A stretch of 64,000 nt of DNA, from IMG/VR virus record IMGVR_UViG_3300031787_000011. One strand, 5' to 3'. Below, one piece after another: positions 48,142-57,203 of the stretch. The position numbers and the translations under genes were made by a program. The notes beneath the pieces are model-generated. The model searched no databases and had not been told where the DNA came from. It worked only from the letters and a program-made list of their open reading frames with translations. The first letter of the stretch is position 1; every line of letters begins with the position of its first letter. The stretch comes from a virus.

Positions 48142-48266
48142 TTTATTTCTGATGCTAGTAGGTCTAGAGCAAAGATTATTTCATCGAGTATTTCTTTTAT
48201 TTCAGAATTGTCGATGGAGAGCTTGGCTGATTCTAGGTGATCTTGGGCTATTTCAAGAGAGTTCAT
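48138..48266 (-). CDS. 42-aa acidic hypothetical protein (MNSLEIAQD...)
   Basis: Manual translation; fills the gap between neighbours. Confidence 0.5.
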   Translation of the reverse strand: MNSLEIAQDHLESAKLSIDNSEIKEILDEIIFALDLLASEIK

Positions 48267-48269
48267 TTT

Positions 48270-48542
48270 CTAATCAAGATAAGATTTGGCCCACTTTGCG
48301 GCAATTGCGCTTTCAATCAGGAAGAGTTCCTTCTCGTCTGCTCCCAGAATGTCAAGGTGTTCGAGATCCAGTTCGATCCAAGCCAAGATGACTCCCATTG
48401 CAAAGCTGTAAAGGGCAATGCCAGGACATTCTGAACCTGCTGCGGCAAGGATAGCGTCAATGGTCTTCTGGTCCTCCTGCTCAACCATCTTGAGGTTTTC
48501 GAGAAGACGTTTTTTCAATTTATTTTTGTCAGAGGTTGTCAT
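48270..48542 (-). CDS. Hypothetical protein
   Basis: ORF track; start taken at MTTSDK. Confidence 0.55.
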   Translation of the reverse strand: MTTSDKNKLKKRLLENLKMVEQEDQKTIDAILAAAGSECPGIALYSFAMGVILAWIELDLEHLDILGADEKELFLIESAIAAKWAKSYLD

Positions 48543-48732
48543 TGGCTTGAACGAGCTTGAGATTGGTGTACTTGGTGGCGGCTTCAACTTCTTTCAATTT
48601 GGAATAAAGTTCTGCCGAGATGGGAAGAGTCTTATTCTCCCGAATTGCGTCTTCGCACTTGTCCAGCATGATGACAAGGCAAGTCCGCAGAGAAACTAAA
48701 TCATTTGGGTTTATTTGGTATTTTTGATTCAT
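48529..48732 (-). CDS. Hypothetical protein
   Basis: ORF track; packed minus-strand gene run. Confidence 0.55.
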   Translation of the reverse strand: MNQKYQINPNDLVSLRTCLVIMLDKCEDAIRENKTLPISAELYSKLKEVEAATKYTNLKLVQANDNL

Positions 48733-48737
48733 TTTAT

Positions 48738-48893
48738 TTATTTTTTGATGCTTCGCGCCAGTTCGCTGATCTTCTTGGAGATTGCCAAGGCAGTTTCGCT
48801 CTCGTTTCCAGCATACTCTTGTGCAAGGTCTACTGCTGCATAAGCTAACTCAATAGCCTCGTCGAACTTTGATAGCAATTCTTTTGTAGTCAT
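48738..48893 (-). CDS. 51-aa hypothetical protein (MTTKELLSKF...)
   Basis: Manual translation. Confidence 0.55.
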   Translation of the reverse strand: MTTKELLSKFDEAIELAYAAVDLAQEYAGNESETALAISKKISELARSIKK

Positions 48894-48894
48894 A

Positions 48895-49089
48895 TTACTT
48901 GTTGAATGTAGCTGCGTCTTCTTCTTTTAGATAGAAACGATCATCACAAGCATCAGTAGCCAACATAATGTCACGAAGTGACTGGTCCTTTTCGGCAAGC
49001 TCATAGAGAATAGAGAATGATTCGCCGCTGATACCATTCTCATCATTCAACACCGAGATGATAAATTTACGCAATAGTTCTTTATTCAT
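48895..49089 (-). CDS. Hypothetical protein (MNKELL...)
   Basis: ORF track with trimmed start. Confidence 0.55.
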   Translation of the reverse strand: MNKELLRKFIISVLNDENGISGESFSILYELAEKDQSLRDIMLATDACDDRFYLKEEDAATFNK

Positions 49090-49286
49090 ATCAAAAAAAA
49101 GGGGGCTTTTTGACCTGACCCCAAGGTTGTTTTTATTCGCAAACCACAATTTCGCCGTTGTCGTTTTGTTTCAGACCAGTATAAACAAGTATCTGGCCCC
49201 CGTTGTCGGTCTCCACTCCACAACCCAGCTTCTGGAGCTTGTTGACCAGTTCGATGATTTCTCTGATTTGATTTTCTTCCATATCT

Positions 49287-49667
49287 TTACCAGTTGAATT
49301 TCCAGCCGAAAAACTTGTTCAGTAAATCCAGCTCGGTCGCAGGAATGAAGCACTCCCGAACGTACTGGTCAAGGCCCATTTCGGCATGGGTCTTGAAATT
49401 ATTCTGCAATTCAGATTTAGCTTGCCCCGCCGTCGTGACGAAGCGGGAGCCGTAGCCCATCTTGAAACCGACCTTGACCTCTGGGCAATGAGCCGCCAAA
49501 AGATTCAGATCAGTTTCGGTGAGAGAACCCATCTGCTCGCAGCAAATGGTTTGAAGCATCTTGAGGGTCATGGTTGGTTCCTCGGCGGGAATCTCCTCCC
49601 CAAGCTCAAGGTGGCTGACCTTGCACAAGTCGTGCAGGTCTGGGTCTGTAGGAATTGAAGCGTTCAT
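49287..49667 (-). CDS. Hypothetical protein (MNASIP...)
   Basis: Promoter TTGCAA-17-TAGGCT 10 nt before the ATG. Confidence 0.6.
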   Translation of the reverse strand: MNASIPTDPDLHDLCKVSHLELGEEIPAEEPTMTLKMLQTICCEQMGSLTETDLNLLAAHCPEVKVGFKMGYGSRFVTTAGQAKSELQNNFKTHAEMGLDQYVRECFIPATELDLLNKFFGWKFNW

Positions 49668-49714
49668 TGCGGAAGAGAGCCTAGGCGAACCTAGGCCCCC
49701 TTGCAACAAATTTT

Positions 49715-50584
49715 TTATTTATTTTCGAGGGCCGTCCCAGCCCCTGCCAGAGCGGCTTTGGCAGCGTTTGCCCTGCGGGTCACCCATGCCTTGTGGGCGG
49801 CAAGACTCTGCCTGCTGGCCTTCATCTGCTGCACAAGCTCCTCACCGGCTCCCAGATCGCCTTTGACCTCGGCGGCGGGGGTAACCTCCTGATCGGGCTT
49901 CTGAAGCTCGCCTTGGCCCCGCAGGGAGATCTTGCGCTTCAGGATAAGGTCGTTGGTGATGCAGAGGCAGATCATTGGCGCACGGCTGCTGATGTAGGTG
50001 TACTTCCAGAGTAAATTTATTTTATTTGAAATGTCTTCAATCTTGGAATTCATTTCATTCAGGGCATTCTTGAAATAAGTTTCAATTGCCTCTTGGTTGG
50101 AAGTTTCCTTTGCCATTTGGTTCAATTCAATTGGCAGGTTGTCTTTGATGCGCCAGCCCAAGGTAAAGGTGAAGATGGCGCAAACCCTGTCCCCATCCGC
50201 AAACACGTTGTTCAAGAACCTCAAGCACTCCACGCTCGGATTGCCACAAAAATCAAACCAGAAGAATTTATTGTTATTATTTAGGAGTTTGAGGTGATCC
50301 AAATTCAATTTGTCGTTTATGTATTTCGTTTTATTATCCTTATTCCTATCAAAAAGGGTATTTAGGGAATAAATGCGAAAACTCTTCTCAAAGCAAACAA
50401 GTTGAAGATCCAAGGGAATCTGCTGGATGCAATTCCTGTAATCTTGATAATTCAAAACAAAGTTCTCAAACTCCCAGTTTTCCCCCGGCAGGGACAAAAC
50501 TGAAACGGCATTGGTGAATTCGGCAAAGACTTCAAAGGTCTTCGTCGTCAGGTGGCGCAGGGCATTTTTACAGTCGTTTTTCAT
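49715..50584 (-). CDS. Possible SAM-methyltransferase-fold protein with a basic C-terminal KAWxTRR motif
   Basis: LSLPG, VCFEK and FFWFDFCG resemble Rossmann MTase motifs I, II and IV; weak call. Confidence 0.4.
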   Translation of the reverse strand: MKNDCKNALRHLTTKTFEVFAEFTNAVSVLSLPGENWEFENFVLNYQDYRNCIQQIPLDLQLVCFEKSFRIYSLNTLFDRNKDNKTKYINDKLNLDHLKLLNNNNKFFWFDFCGNPSVECLRFLNNVFADGDRVCAIFTFTLGWRIKDNLPIELNQMAKETSNQEAIETYFKNALNEMNSKIEDISNKINLLWKYTYISSRAPMICLCITNDLILKRKISLRGQGELQKPDQEVTPAAEVKGDLGAGEELVQQMKASRQSLAAHKAWVTRRANAAKAALAGAGTALENK

Positions 50585-50585
50585 A

Positions 50586-50651
50586 TCATTTGTCTGAATT
50601 TATTTCGTTTAGGATTAGGAGGAACACCAACAAGACCAACACTATTATCAT
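50586..50651 (-). CDS. 21-aa hydrophobic micropeptide MIIVLVLLVFLLILNEINSDK
   Basis: ATGA-coupled to the upstream micro-ORF; stop 1 nt before the next ATG. Confidence 0.5.
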   Translation of the reverse strand: MIIVLVLLVFLLILNEINSDK

Positions 50652-50734
50652 TTCTTCATTGCTACAATAACTACAATTAGGATTGAAAGGAAAAAAAGGA
50701 TTTTATCTGTATTAGATTTGAATTCAATTCTCAT
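50648..50734 (-). CDS. 28-aa hydrophobic micropeptide MRIEFKSNTDKILFFLSILIVVIVAMKK
   Basis: Manual translation. Confidence 0.45.
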   Translation of the reverse strand: MRIEFKSNTDKILFFLSILIVVIVAMKK

Positions 50735-50904
50735 AAAAGTAAAAACTAAATCAAAGCAGAGGTTGTGGCCTACCGGGGGCAAACTCTTTCCTGAACGTGC
50801 TTTCTAAGGAATTTCTCAAATGAGCCTAGCAATAAACGAGGAAACAAACAAACCCCGCTGCCCTCTTCGACTCATCATCGTTCCAATTTAGTTTGAAATC
50901 ATTT

Positions 50905-51531
50905 TTAGTGGTACTTATAGGCCACGTTGGAGACGGTTTTATCCCAACAGGCTCGGCATTGCAAGCACTTGTTTCCCTGACTTCCTGCTGGGCAGGTCCA
51001 GCTTGTCTTGGAGACCGAGGAGGTGACAACCCCCATGCGGTTTGCCAACGCCACCGGAGGAGGGCCGTCGATCATGTAGCCCGAGATCCTGATAGTCAGG
51101 TTTTCTGGCAATTTATTCTTTGCGGTGAATTCTGAAACAATTCTAAATTCCTTGGTAGGCAACCAGAATTTGATGTTTGGGAGGTTCTTTGCAATCTGGG
51201 CGATTTGTTCTAAATGCGCCAAAGATTGAATGTCGCCAGAGTCGAACCAGCGGAAGTAGCCGCTGCCCTCTGTCCCAGAGATTGCAAGGGTCATTGCCTC
51301 AACCCAGTCAGGATTTGAAAGGGAGTCGAACCTGCGAGCCAAGGCATTGACTACGTTGGGCGTAGGGTAAAAACCCCGCATTGCATAGCATTTATTGCAA
51401 ACGCTAGTTTTGAGCTTTGCCAGCTTGGACCCCATCTTGCAGTTCTTGGCCGGGATGGACCAAGAGTGGCAGGGCATTTTGCTGGGCTTGGAGAAGCCCC
51501 CGATCTTTTCGATTGCTTGAAGTAGCGTCAT
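50905..51531 (-). CDS. GP88-family (Cys-rich, radical-SAM-like) phage protein
   Basis: SKPSKMP, C..G...VC.KCYA, FRWFDSGD, WLPTKE, NLTIRIS, CPA...C.QCRACW, VAYKYH. Confidence 0.8.
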   Translation of the reverse strand: MTLLQAIEKIGGFSKPSKMPCHSWSIPAKNCKMGSKLAKLKTSVCNKCYAMRGFYPTPNVVNALARRFDSLSNPDWVEAMTLAISGTEGSGYFRWFDSGDIQSLAHLEQIAQIAKNLPNIKFWLPTKEFRIVSEFTAKNKLPENLTIRISGYMIDGPPPVALANRMGVVTSSVSKTSWTCPAGSQGNKCLQCRACWDKTVSNVAYKYH

Positions 51532-51589
51532 GGCAGGACACACTCTAGCCCCGTCGCGGGGCATTGCAAATAAATTTTTTATTTATTTT

Positions 51590-51991
51590 TCAAAGATTCT
51601 TCTTGACTTCTTTCCAGTAGCGTTTGGTGGCACTCTTTTCATGCCCCTTGGGGCCACCGTTCCAGATCCTCGCCTTCTCCTCTGCGCTCTTGCCTGTAGC
51701 GTACCGGCGCAGGTACGCATCAAAAATCCTTTTAGAATATTCCAATTTATGGCAATCAAGATATTTGCCCCCGATGGACCTGTCAAATTCTGTTGCGTCC
51801 TTCCAGTTCTCAAAATGGATTTGCAGGGGGCCAATTGCCTTACCGTTGTCCCCAACAATGTTTGGGCCAGTCCTGCCAGAGCTTTCAACCTGATGGATAG
51901 CTTTGGCTAATTCTGAATTAGAATATTCTCTATTAGAGAAACCATAGAGCAAAATTGAACAAGCGGCGCAAATAAGAATAGTTTTTTTCAT
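51590..51991 (-). CDS. Secreted lysozyme-like protein (destabilase/transglycosylase type)
   Basis: Signal-like N-terminus; AIHQVESSG, GDNGKAIGPLQIH, ARIWNGGP. Confidence 0.8.
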   Translation of the reverse strand: MKKTILICAACSILLYGFSNREYSNSELAKAIHQVESSGRTGPNIVGDNGKAIGPLQIHFENWKDATEFDRSIGGKYLDCHKLEYSKRIFDAYLRRYATGKSAEEKARIWNGGPKGHEKSATKRYWKEVKKNL

Positions 51992-52053
51992 TTGATTTAT
52001 TTATTTCGGGGCCAAGACTTCTTTGAAATCAACAAGACTGCCAATTACCTTTT

Positions 52054-52254
52054 TCATATTTCCCTTTGGATTGCCTTGGTGAGTGTGTCTTTTGCTCTTC
52101 TGATTCTTTCTATCTCTTTCTTGTAGAAGCTGGTGTTCTTGGGGTCAGCTTTTGTCAGGTTCCAGAATGCGTTTTCTGAAACGAAAAGGATTGCCCTTAT
52201 TTCAATTAGCTCTTCTGCGGTCAGCTTGGCTTCGATGGAGTCTAGTGTAATCAT
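52054..52254 (-). CDS. Hypothetical protein
   Basis: ORF track. Confidence 0.55.
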   Translation of the reverse strand: MITLDSIEAKLTAEELIEIRAILFVSENAFWNLTKADPKNTSFYKKEIERIRRAKDTLTKAIQREI

Positions 52255-52257
52255 AAA

Positions 52258-52515
52258 TCAAAAGAAATGAATTCTGCTTTCGTCGTGATGCACGGGTTTG
52301 CCGTCCACCCACTCTACGCCAAAGGTCAGCAACGGCGCAACATCTTCTTTCCGCAGGTAAGTGAAACCCTTGTAGGCTCCCGCATCCATGAGGAGGGTCG
52401 TAACAAGGCCAGCGCATCCTTTGCGCTCCTTGTCGTGAATGTTCCAGCTATTGGCGAGGTAATGGTTCGCTCGCTCTTTGATCTTCTCGATCTCGATGGT
52501 CTTTCGCGCTTTCAT
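52258..52515 (-). CDS. Hypothetical protein (MKARKTIE...)
   Basis: Promoter TTGCGC-16-TATGGT 8 nt before the ATG. Confidence 0.65.
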   Translation of the reverse strand: MKARKTIEIEKIKERANHYLANSWNIHDKERKGCAGLVTTLLMDAGAYKGFTYLRKEDVAPLLTFGVEWVDGKPVHHDESRIHFF

Positions 52516-52570
52516 CGAGGGCAACCATAGCCCATCCAGAGGCGAGCGCAAGCTCTTTTTCAGAAATATT

Positions 52571-52816
52571 TCAAATATTTTTCAGCGGCATCTGCGGCAG
52601 GCTGGCATCGGAAATGCTCCACACTATTTCTTTTGAATTAGAGCAGAGGATCTTTATTTCAGATGATTTTTGGCTCATCAAGAATGATTCTATTCTAAGG
52701 AAAGCATTCTCTAGTCCCTCTCTGGTCTTCTCATAAACTGAAACAAGAGTACAGGCTTCTGTTTCTATTTCTAGTATGTATTTATTATCCCCTACTATAT
52801 TTACCATATTGCACAC
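52571..52816 (-). CDS. Hypothetical protein
   Basis: ORF track. Confidence 0.5.
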   Translation of the reverse strand: MCNMVNIVGDNKYILEIETEACTLVSVYEKTREGLENAFLRIESFLMSQKSSEIKILCSNSKEIVWSISDASLPQMPLKNI

Positions 52817-52903
52817 AAAAATGATATTTATTTAGAATCGCGCAAAATTCCCTTATTTACACATTATTTGGCAAAACTGGCACAAAATCGCGCAAAATAG
52901 CAA

Positions 52904-53023
52904 TTAATTTATTTCACCTTCTAGCGGGGAAAATAAAATAAATATTATTCCTGCTGCAACGCCCCAAGGATTATTTGATGCCACAGAGGCAAACGTGATT
53001 ATTAAACCTATAATTAGTATCAT
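52904..53023 (-). CDS. 39-aa two-helix membrane micro-protein (MILIIGLII...)
   Basis: Manual translation. Confidence 0.45.
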   Translation of the reverse strand: MILIIGLIITFASVASNNPWGVAAGIIFILFSPLEGEIN

Positions 53024-53044
53024 ATTTGAGATTATTTGATATAA

Positions 53045-53395
53045 ACCCCTACAAAAACTTAATAACTTTATTAAAACCCCGGAGAAAACCTAATAAAAAC
53101 TGTACCAATGCACCTTATTAGGCATTATTTACATTAAAATTCGCCAAATTCGGCCCCAAAATTTTGTTTTATTTGTATTTTACCCTACAGAAACCTTATA
53201 CTCTTATACTTTCCCGGGGCGAAACCTAATAAAAACCCCTCTTTTGGCTCTTATTAGACATTATTTCTGCTAAAATTTGGTAATATTTGGGCTTTGAGTT
53301 CTCATTTATTTGTATTTACCCCGGGCAAAACCTAATAAAAACCCCCTAGCAAACAATAACAAGTATAACTTATTACTGCTAAAATTGCACAAAAT
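53045..53395. repeat. Degenerate non-coding tandem repeat (about 136 bp) with an AAACCTAATAAAAAC core; candidate origin
   Basis: 15-mer at 53086, 53222 and 53328, each preceded by CCCGG. Confidence 0.75.
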
Positions 53396-53686
53396 AGAAT
53401 GTAATAGGTAAGCATTTTTTTTGATTTTCTCATAATAATTTATTCTACATAATTGCAAAAAAGGGCCATTTTATTGGGCTTTTTGTTTATTTTTCAGGGA
53501 ATGAATTATTTAAATTAAGTTTTAAATATAAATTAGGGGCAGAACCAACTCATTAAAACATATCTCTCTACTATACTCTATTATTCTCTTTATTATTTCT
53601 CTTATTTAGTCTTATTATTTCTCTATGGGGGAAGAAGTATTAAATTTGATAAAAAGCCAACAAAAACGCTGTTTTTCTGTGGCTTT

Positions 53687-53770
53687 CTAGTCCTCGAAAG
53701 TGGCTGCAAAAATCAACAAACAAACAACAAAAACTACCATCGCTACAAATGTTATTATCATCGTAAACAT
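53687..53770 (-). CDS. 27-aa hydrophobic micropeptide MFTMIITFVAMVVFVVCLLIFAATFED
   Basis: Manual translation. Confidence 0.4.
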   Translation of the reverse strand: MFTMIITFVAMVVFVVCLLIFAATFED

Positions 53771-53908
53771 AATATATTACTAGTTTACCCTATATTTCCC
53801 TAATAGTTACTATACTTACCCTTATTTATATCTAAAAAGAAACAAAAAAGAACTAATTCCCAGCCCCGAATTAGCTCTTTTGTCTTTTAAGATACCATTT
53901 TTTGTTAT

Positions 53909-54280
53909 TTAATCAATGTATCTGCCTTCTCTGTTCTTCCTTGAATACTCATTAACTAGATTGAAATACTCTTCATTGCGCCTCTTGAGGGCATCCTCTA
54001 GCCTCTCAATTTCGCGCTTGGCGACCTCGCCAGAGCGTTTTGCCACCTCTCGCCATGCCTTGTCAAGCCCCCATACCGGGGCAGCGTCAGCAATGCAAGC
54101 AGACCCGCCAGAGTAGCAATTCTCTGTCCACTTGTCAAGAATCTGATCTGTAACGTGTCTAATTACCTTATCATTACAAGAAACAGACTCAAGGAATTCA
54201 CTCAAATCTTCTTCTCTAATATTGTCAAGAAGATCGTGCAGGTCAATTTGTAATTTGCCTTCTTTGTAAGTGATATTCAT
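53909..54280 (-). CDS. Hypothetical protein
   Basis: ORF track, 123 aa. Confidence 0.65.
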   Translation of the reverse strand: MNITYKEGKLQIDLHDLLDNIREEDLSEFLESVSCNDKVIRHVTDQILDKWTENCYSGGSACIADAAPVWGLDKAWREVAKRSGEVAKREIERLEDALKRRNEEYFNLVNEYSRKNREGRYID

Positions 54281-54285
54281 TTTAT

Positions 54286-54516
54286 TTAAAAGAACAAAAG
54301 ATTTACTTTGGTTTTATTCACTTCATGCGGATCAACAACTTGCCCATTCTTGTCTTTGAAAGAATAAGTCAAATAACTATTCTGGCCGTTTGCCTTTTTT
54401 ACTTTTTGTAAATGCTTGTGTTGCGCCAAAATAGCATTTTTAAGATTAAAATGACGGCTAATAAACACATCATTAAAAGAATCCCAAAGTTCAATCATAT
54501 TTAACGAAAGAAACAA
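54286..54516 (-). CDS. Hypothetical protein
   Basis: ORF track; start uncertain. Confidence 0.55.
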   Translation of the reverse strand: MFLSLNMIELWDSFNDVFISRHFNLKNAILAQHKHLQKVKKANGQNSYLTYSFKDKNGQVVDPHEVNKTKVNLLFF

Positions 54517-54761
54517 ACTCTTCTGACAACAACAACATTTTCCTTTTCTATCAACTTTTCGCTGCCTAAATATTCATAAGAATAGCAGCAATCGTGTTTT
54601 GTATAGGCTTCTCTTGGGGTAAATTCAAGACTTGTTTCACCAAAATCAATCATTGCCCCCATGTCAGGAGGATTAACTAATCTGGTATTTTCTGGCAGGT
54701 TTAGGGCCAGCAGGTCTGCCTTGATGACCTCAAGGTGCGCCAAGTAGGTTTTTATCGTCAT
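54501..54761 (-). CDS. Hypothetical protein (MTIKTY...)
   Basis: Promoter TTGACG-16-TAACGT 8 nt before the ATG. Confidence 0.6.
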   Translation of the reverse strand: MTIKTYLAHLEVIKADLLALNLPENTRLVNPPDMGAMIDFGETSLEFTPREAYTKHDCCYSYEYLGSEKLIEKENVVVVRRVCFFR

Positions 54762-54806
54762 GCAGGGTGACGTTAGCAGGTTTTTCGCGCTCGTCAAGAG
54801 GTTTTT

Positions 54807-55013
54807 TTAGGGCAAACCGTCATGCCCAACCCAACCCATGTCGCGGGGGTCGTCAGTCTGGAGCCATTCCTCAACGTCAGCGGCGGCATCGCACAGCTTG
54901 GCGTAACAGGGGTGATTTACGCCAATTGATTTTAATGTTTTATTTACTTCCTTTAAAAGGCGAATAACGTCACCCTCAAGGCATTGCGGTTCTTCTGAAT
55001 AATTTAATTCCAT
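54807..55013 (-). CDS. Hypothetical protein (MELNY...)
   Basis: ORF track with trimmed start. Confidence 0.55.
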   Translation of the reverse strand: MELNYSEEPQCLEGDVIRLLKEVNKTLKSIGVNHPCYAKLCDAAADVEEWLQTDDPRDMGWVGHDGLP

Positions 55014-55015
55014 AT

Positions 55016-55585
55016 TTACCTTTCGGTGTTGAAAAAAAACACTTGGAAGAGTCTGCAATTGTTGAGATGATTCCCAAAATAATCTAAACTCATGTGAAAA
55101 GACTTACCTCGAAACAAAACTAATCTATTAAAAACATTACCAATAATATCAACTTTTTCGTAGCAAGTCATATCCTGCCCTTCCTGCTCTGCTATTTTAG
55201 ATTCCTCTGGGCGATCTGGATTATGTTCAAATAATCCGCTCTTTTTGTGCTTGAAAGTTCCTGTGCCTCCTGATAGAGGAGCGTCAGGGGTAAGATAAAG
55301 CACTCCTGCCCACTCATTCCAAGGATCTGAGTGAATCCAAGAACGATCACAAGCAAAAGCCACTTGAAAAGAACCATTATATCCATCAGCAGGAAAATGA
55401 GTTATTTTGCCACAAGTAGATATTAATGATTTTTGAATATTATCATAAATTAAACCATTAATGTATGGTTCAGTTCTTGCGCCGGGGAAATTACCTCTAA
55501 CTTTGAATTCCATAGAAAGGGCTTTTTGCCTTATTTCCATAGGGTTCGGGTAGAAGTCGTCAATTATTATAACTTTTGTTTTCAT
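55016..55585 (-). CDS. 2OG-Fe(II) oxygenase-like protein (DUF6445 type)
   Basis: IIDDFY, FPGART, WIHSD (HxD), AGVLYL, FNRLVLF...H, RLFQVFF. Confidence 0.8.
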   Translation of the reverse strand: MKTKVIIIDDFYPNPMEIRQKALSMEFKVRGNFPGARTEPYINGLIYDNIQKSLISTCGKITHFPADGYNGSFQVAFACDRSWIHSDPWNEWAGVLYLTPDAPLSGGTGTFKHKKSGLFEHNPDRPEESKIAEQEGQDMTCYEKVDIIGNVFNRLVLFRGKSFHMSLDYFGNHLNNCRLFQVFFFNTER

Positions 55586-55589
55586 ATTA

Positions 55590-55913
55590 TTATTGTTTTG
55601 GAAATTGAGCTAAATAAAGTTTTCCTTGAGAAATACTATAAATAAAACTATTGATTGTTTTTAAAATAGGCACAATGTCTACTCCTACTGTTTGCTTGCC
55701 ATCACCCTCATAATTATTCGCTCTATCAGCGAAACTCCAAAACGCAAGAAAATCAGAATCTCCTAGCCCTTTGGAGTTAACAAACATCAGAAAAGGCACT
55801 TTATTTTTTAAACAAAATAACCTAAACTCCTCTACCTTTTCCAGAACCATTGCTTCTGTGTCGGGCAGAGTATCTGTGTCTGTAGATGAACCGTCAATGT
55901 GTGTAATCTTCAT
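55590..55913 (-). CDS. Hypothetical protein
   Basis: ORF track. Confidence 0.6.
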   Translation of the reverse strand: MKITHIDGSSTDTDTLPDTEAMVLEKVEEFRLFCLKNKVPFLMFVNSKGLGDSDFLAFWSFADRANNYEGDGKQTVGVDIVPILKTINSFIYSISQGKLYLAQFPKQ

Positions 55914-56152
55914 TTCTTATAATGCACAAAATTGGTGCAGTTACCTTTATGCACAAGACTCCAGCCATGACCATTGTAGCTTTGGATATACTGGCAACCA
56001 TCTATTACTTTGACGCTATTGTTATTAACTTTGATCCAAATGCCAAAACAAATAACACCAACAATAACAAAAACAAATATTAATCCCCAAATAAAGTCTT
56101 CAGAATATATTCTCATAGTTATTCCATTTCTTGCATCATTTCTAATGCACAC
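55910..56152 (-). CDS. Membrane-anchored small protein with an IDGCQY...HKGNC motif
   Basis: One TM helix plus a Cys/His motif; start uncertain. Confidence 0.6.
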   Translation of the reverse strand: MCIRNDARNGITMRIYSEDFIWGLIFVFVIVGVICFGIWIKVNNNSVKVIDGCQYIQSYNGHGWSLVHKGNCTNFVHYKK

Positions 56153-56277
56153 TCATAACCACTCCAATTATCTACTCCAGCACCTTGTAGGCATTGTAGA
56201 AGTTTTTGATCTTCTAGGAGTTCTTCGTATTCTTTTTTAGAGATAGTGATAGTTTCTTCCATATATTTTATGCTTAA

Positions 56278-56481
56278 TTAATCTTCAAAAACAAATCTAT
56301 CTAATTGATATTTAACATCGTCAATTTGAATACACCACTCGTTTTTTTCGTTTTCAGTAAGATAAAGAGACGCTTCATTCAATGCTTTTTGCGCTTTTTG
56401 AATTCTTTGCTTGAAATTATAGTAATTGTTTAGATTACTAAACTTATCAGGAGAACTGTGAATGATTTCAGAAAGTATCAT
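56278..56481 (-). CDS. Hypothetical protein
   Basis: ORF track; starts at a GAATAATTATG junction. Confidence 0.6.
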   Translation of the reverse strand: MILSEIIHSSPDKFSNLNNYYNFKQRIQKAQKALNEASLYLTENEKNEWCIQIDDVKYQLDRFVFED

Positions 56482-56483
56482 AA

Positions 56484-56648
56484 TTATTCTAATTCTACTG
56501 CATCAACGTATGCCTCTAGTAATTCTTCATCTATTAAACATTTTCTTGCGTAAAAATGCGCTTTATACTCTTCTTTAAAAACTTTCATAACAAATACCTC
56601 TGAAAAAATGTCACCCTCTTTGACGCCAATAACAGCATAAACTTTCAT
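56484..56648 (-). CDS. MKVY-family micro-protein
   Basis: MKVYAV...VMKVFKEE.KA...VELE. Confidence 0.65.
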   Translation of the reverse strand: MKVYAVIGVKEGDIFSEVFVMKVFKEEYKAHFYARKCLIDEELLEAYVDAVELE

Positions 56649-56650
56649 AA

Positions 56651-56710
56651 TTATTCTAATTCTTTTTCTTCGATATACCAATATCTACTATAAGAAGGAC
56701 ACACAGCTTA
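56651..56710 (-). pseudogene. 3' remnant of an MKVY-family gene
   Basis: Reads ...RYWYIEEKELE* (compare WYVEEMELE* of the 57204 gene) with an in-frame stop upstream. Confidence 0.45.
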
Positions 56711-56724
56711 ATGTTCAGATAAAA

Positions 56725-56958
56725 TTACGAAAGAAAACAAATTGTTTTGTGAATTCGGATTCCTTCGGGTATATCAGTATAAAACACAACATTGTCACGA
56801 TTGGGGTTGAAACCTTCTTCAGCAATCAAATGTTTTACAACTTCTTCAACTGTAATAACTTTATGGCTAACAAACAAACGTACATAAGATGACTTATTTT
56901 TATCGCGAAAATGGACATGCAACCAGACGCTTTTAATATTATGCCAAGATGAATTCAT
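56725..56958 (-). CDS. Hypothetical protein
   Basis: ORF track. Confidence 0.5.
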   Translation of the reverse strand: MNSSWHNIKSVWLHVHFRDKNKSSYVRLFVSHKVITVEEVVKHLIAEEGFNPNRDNVVFYTDIPEGIRIHKTICFLS

Positions 56959-56991
56959 GTTGTTTGTATAGTATAAGGTCGGCGGCTATAT

Positions 56992-57195
56992 TTATTGATT
57001 AATTGTAAAATACTCGGAAGAAACAGGCAATTCAGCAACAAAATCTCGCAACGCACTATTACTATCAAAGCTGATAATCATATCAGCATGACCAACATCA
57101 ACAAAGAATGCGTCCCAATGTTTATTTATTAGAACAGAAACAGCAGTATTAAATGCTTCTCTGTTATGAAATTTGATAGAAAATGTTTCGAACAT
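56992..57195 (-). CDS. Hypothetical protein
   Basis: ORF track. Confidence 0.6.
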   Translation of the reverse strand: MFETFSIKFHNREAFNTAVSVLINKHWDAFFVDVGHADMIISFDSNSALRDFVAELPVSSEYFTINQ

Positions 57196-57203
57196 ATTAT
57201 TTA

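Noticed and set aside
53045-53395. CRISPR array
   Set aside because: The repeat core is only 15 bp, spacing is 136 and 106 bp, the intervening sequences are homologous to each other, and there are no cas genes
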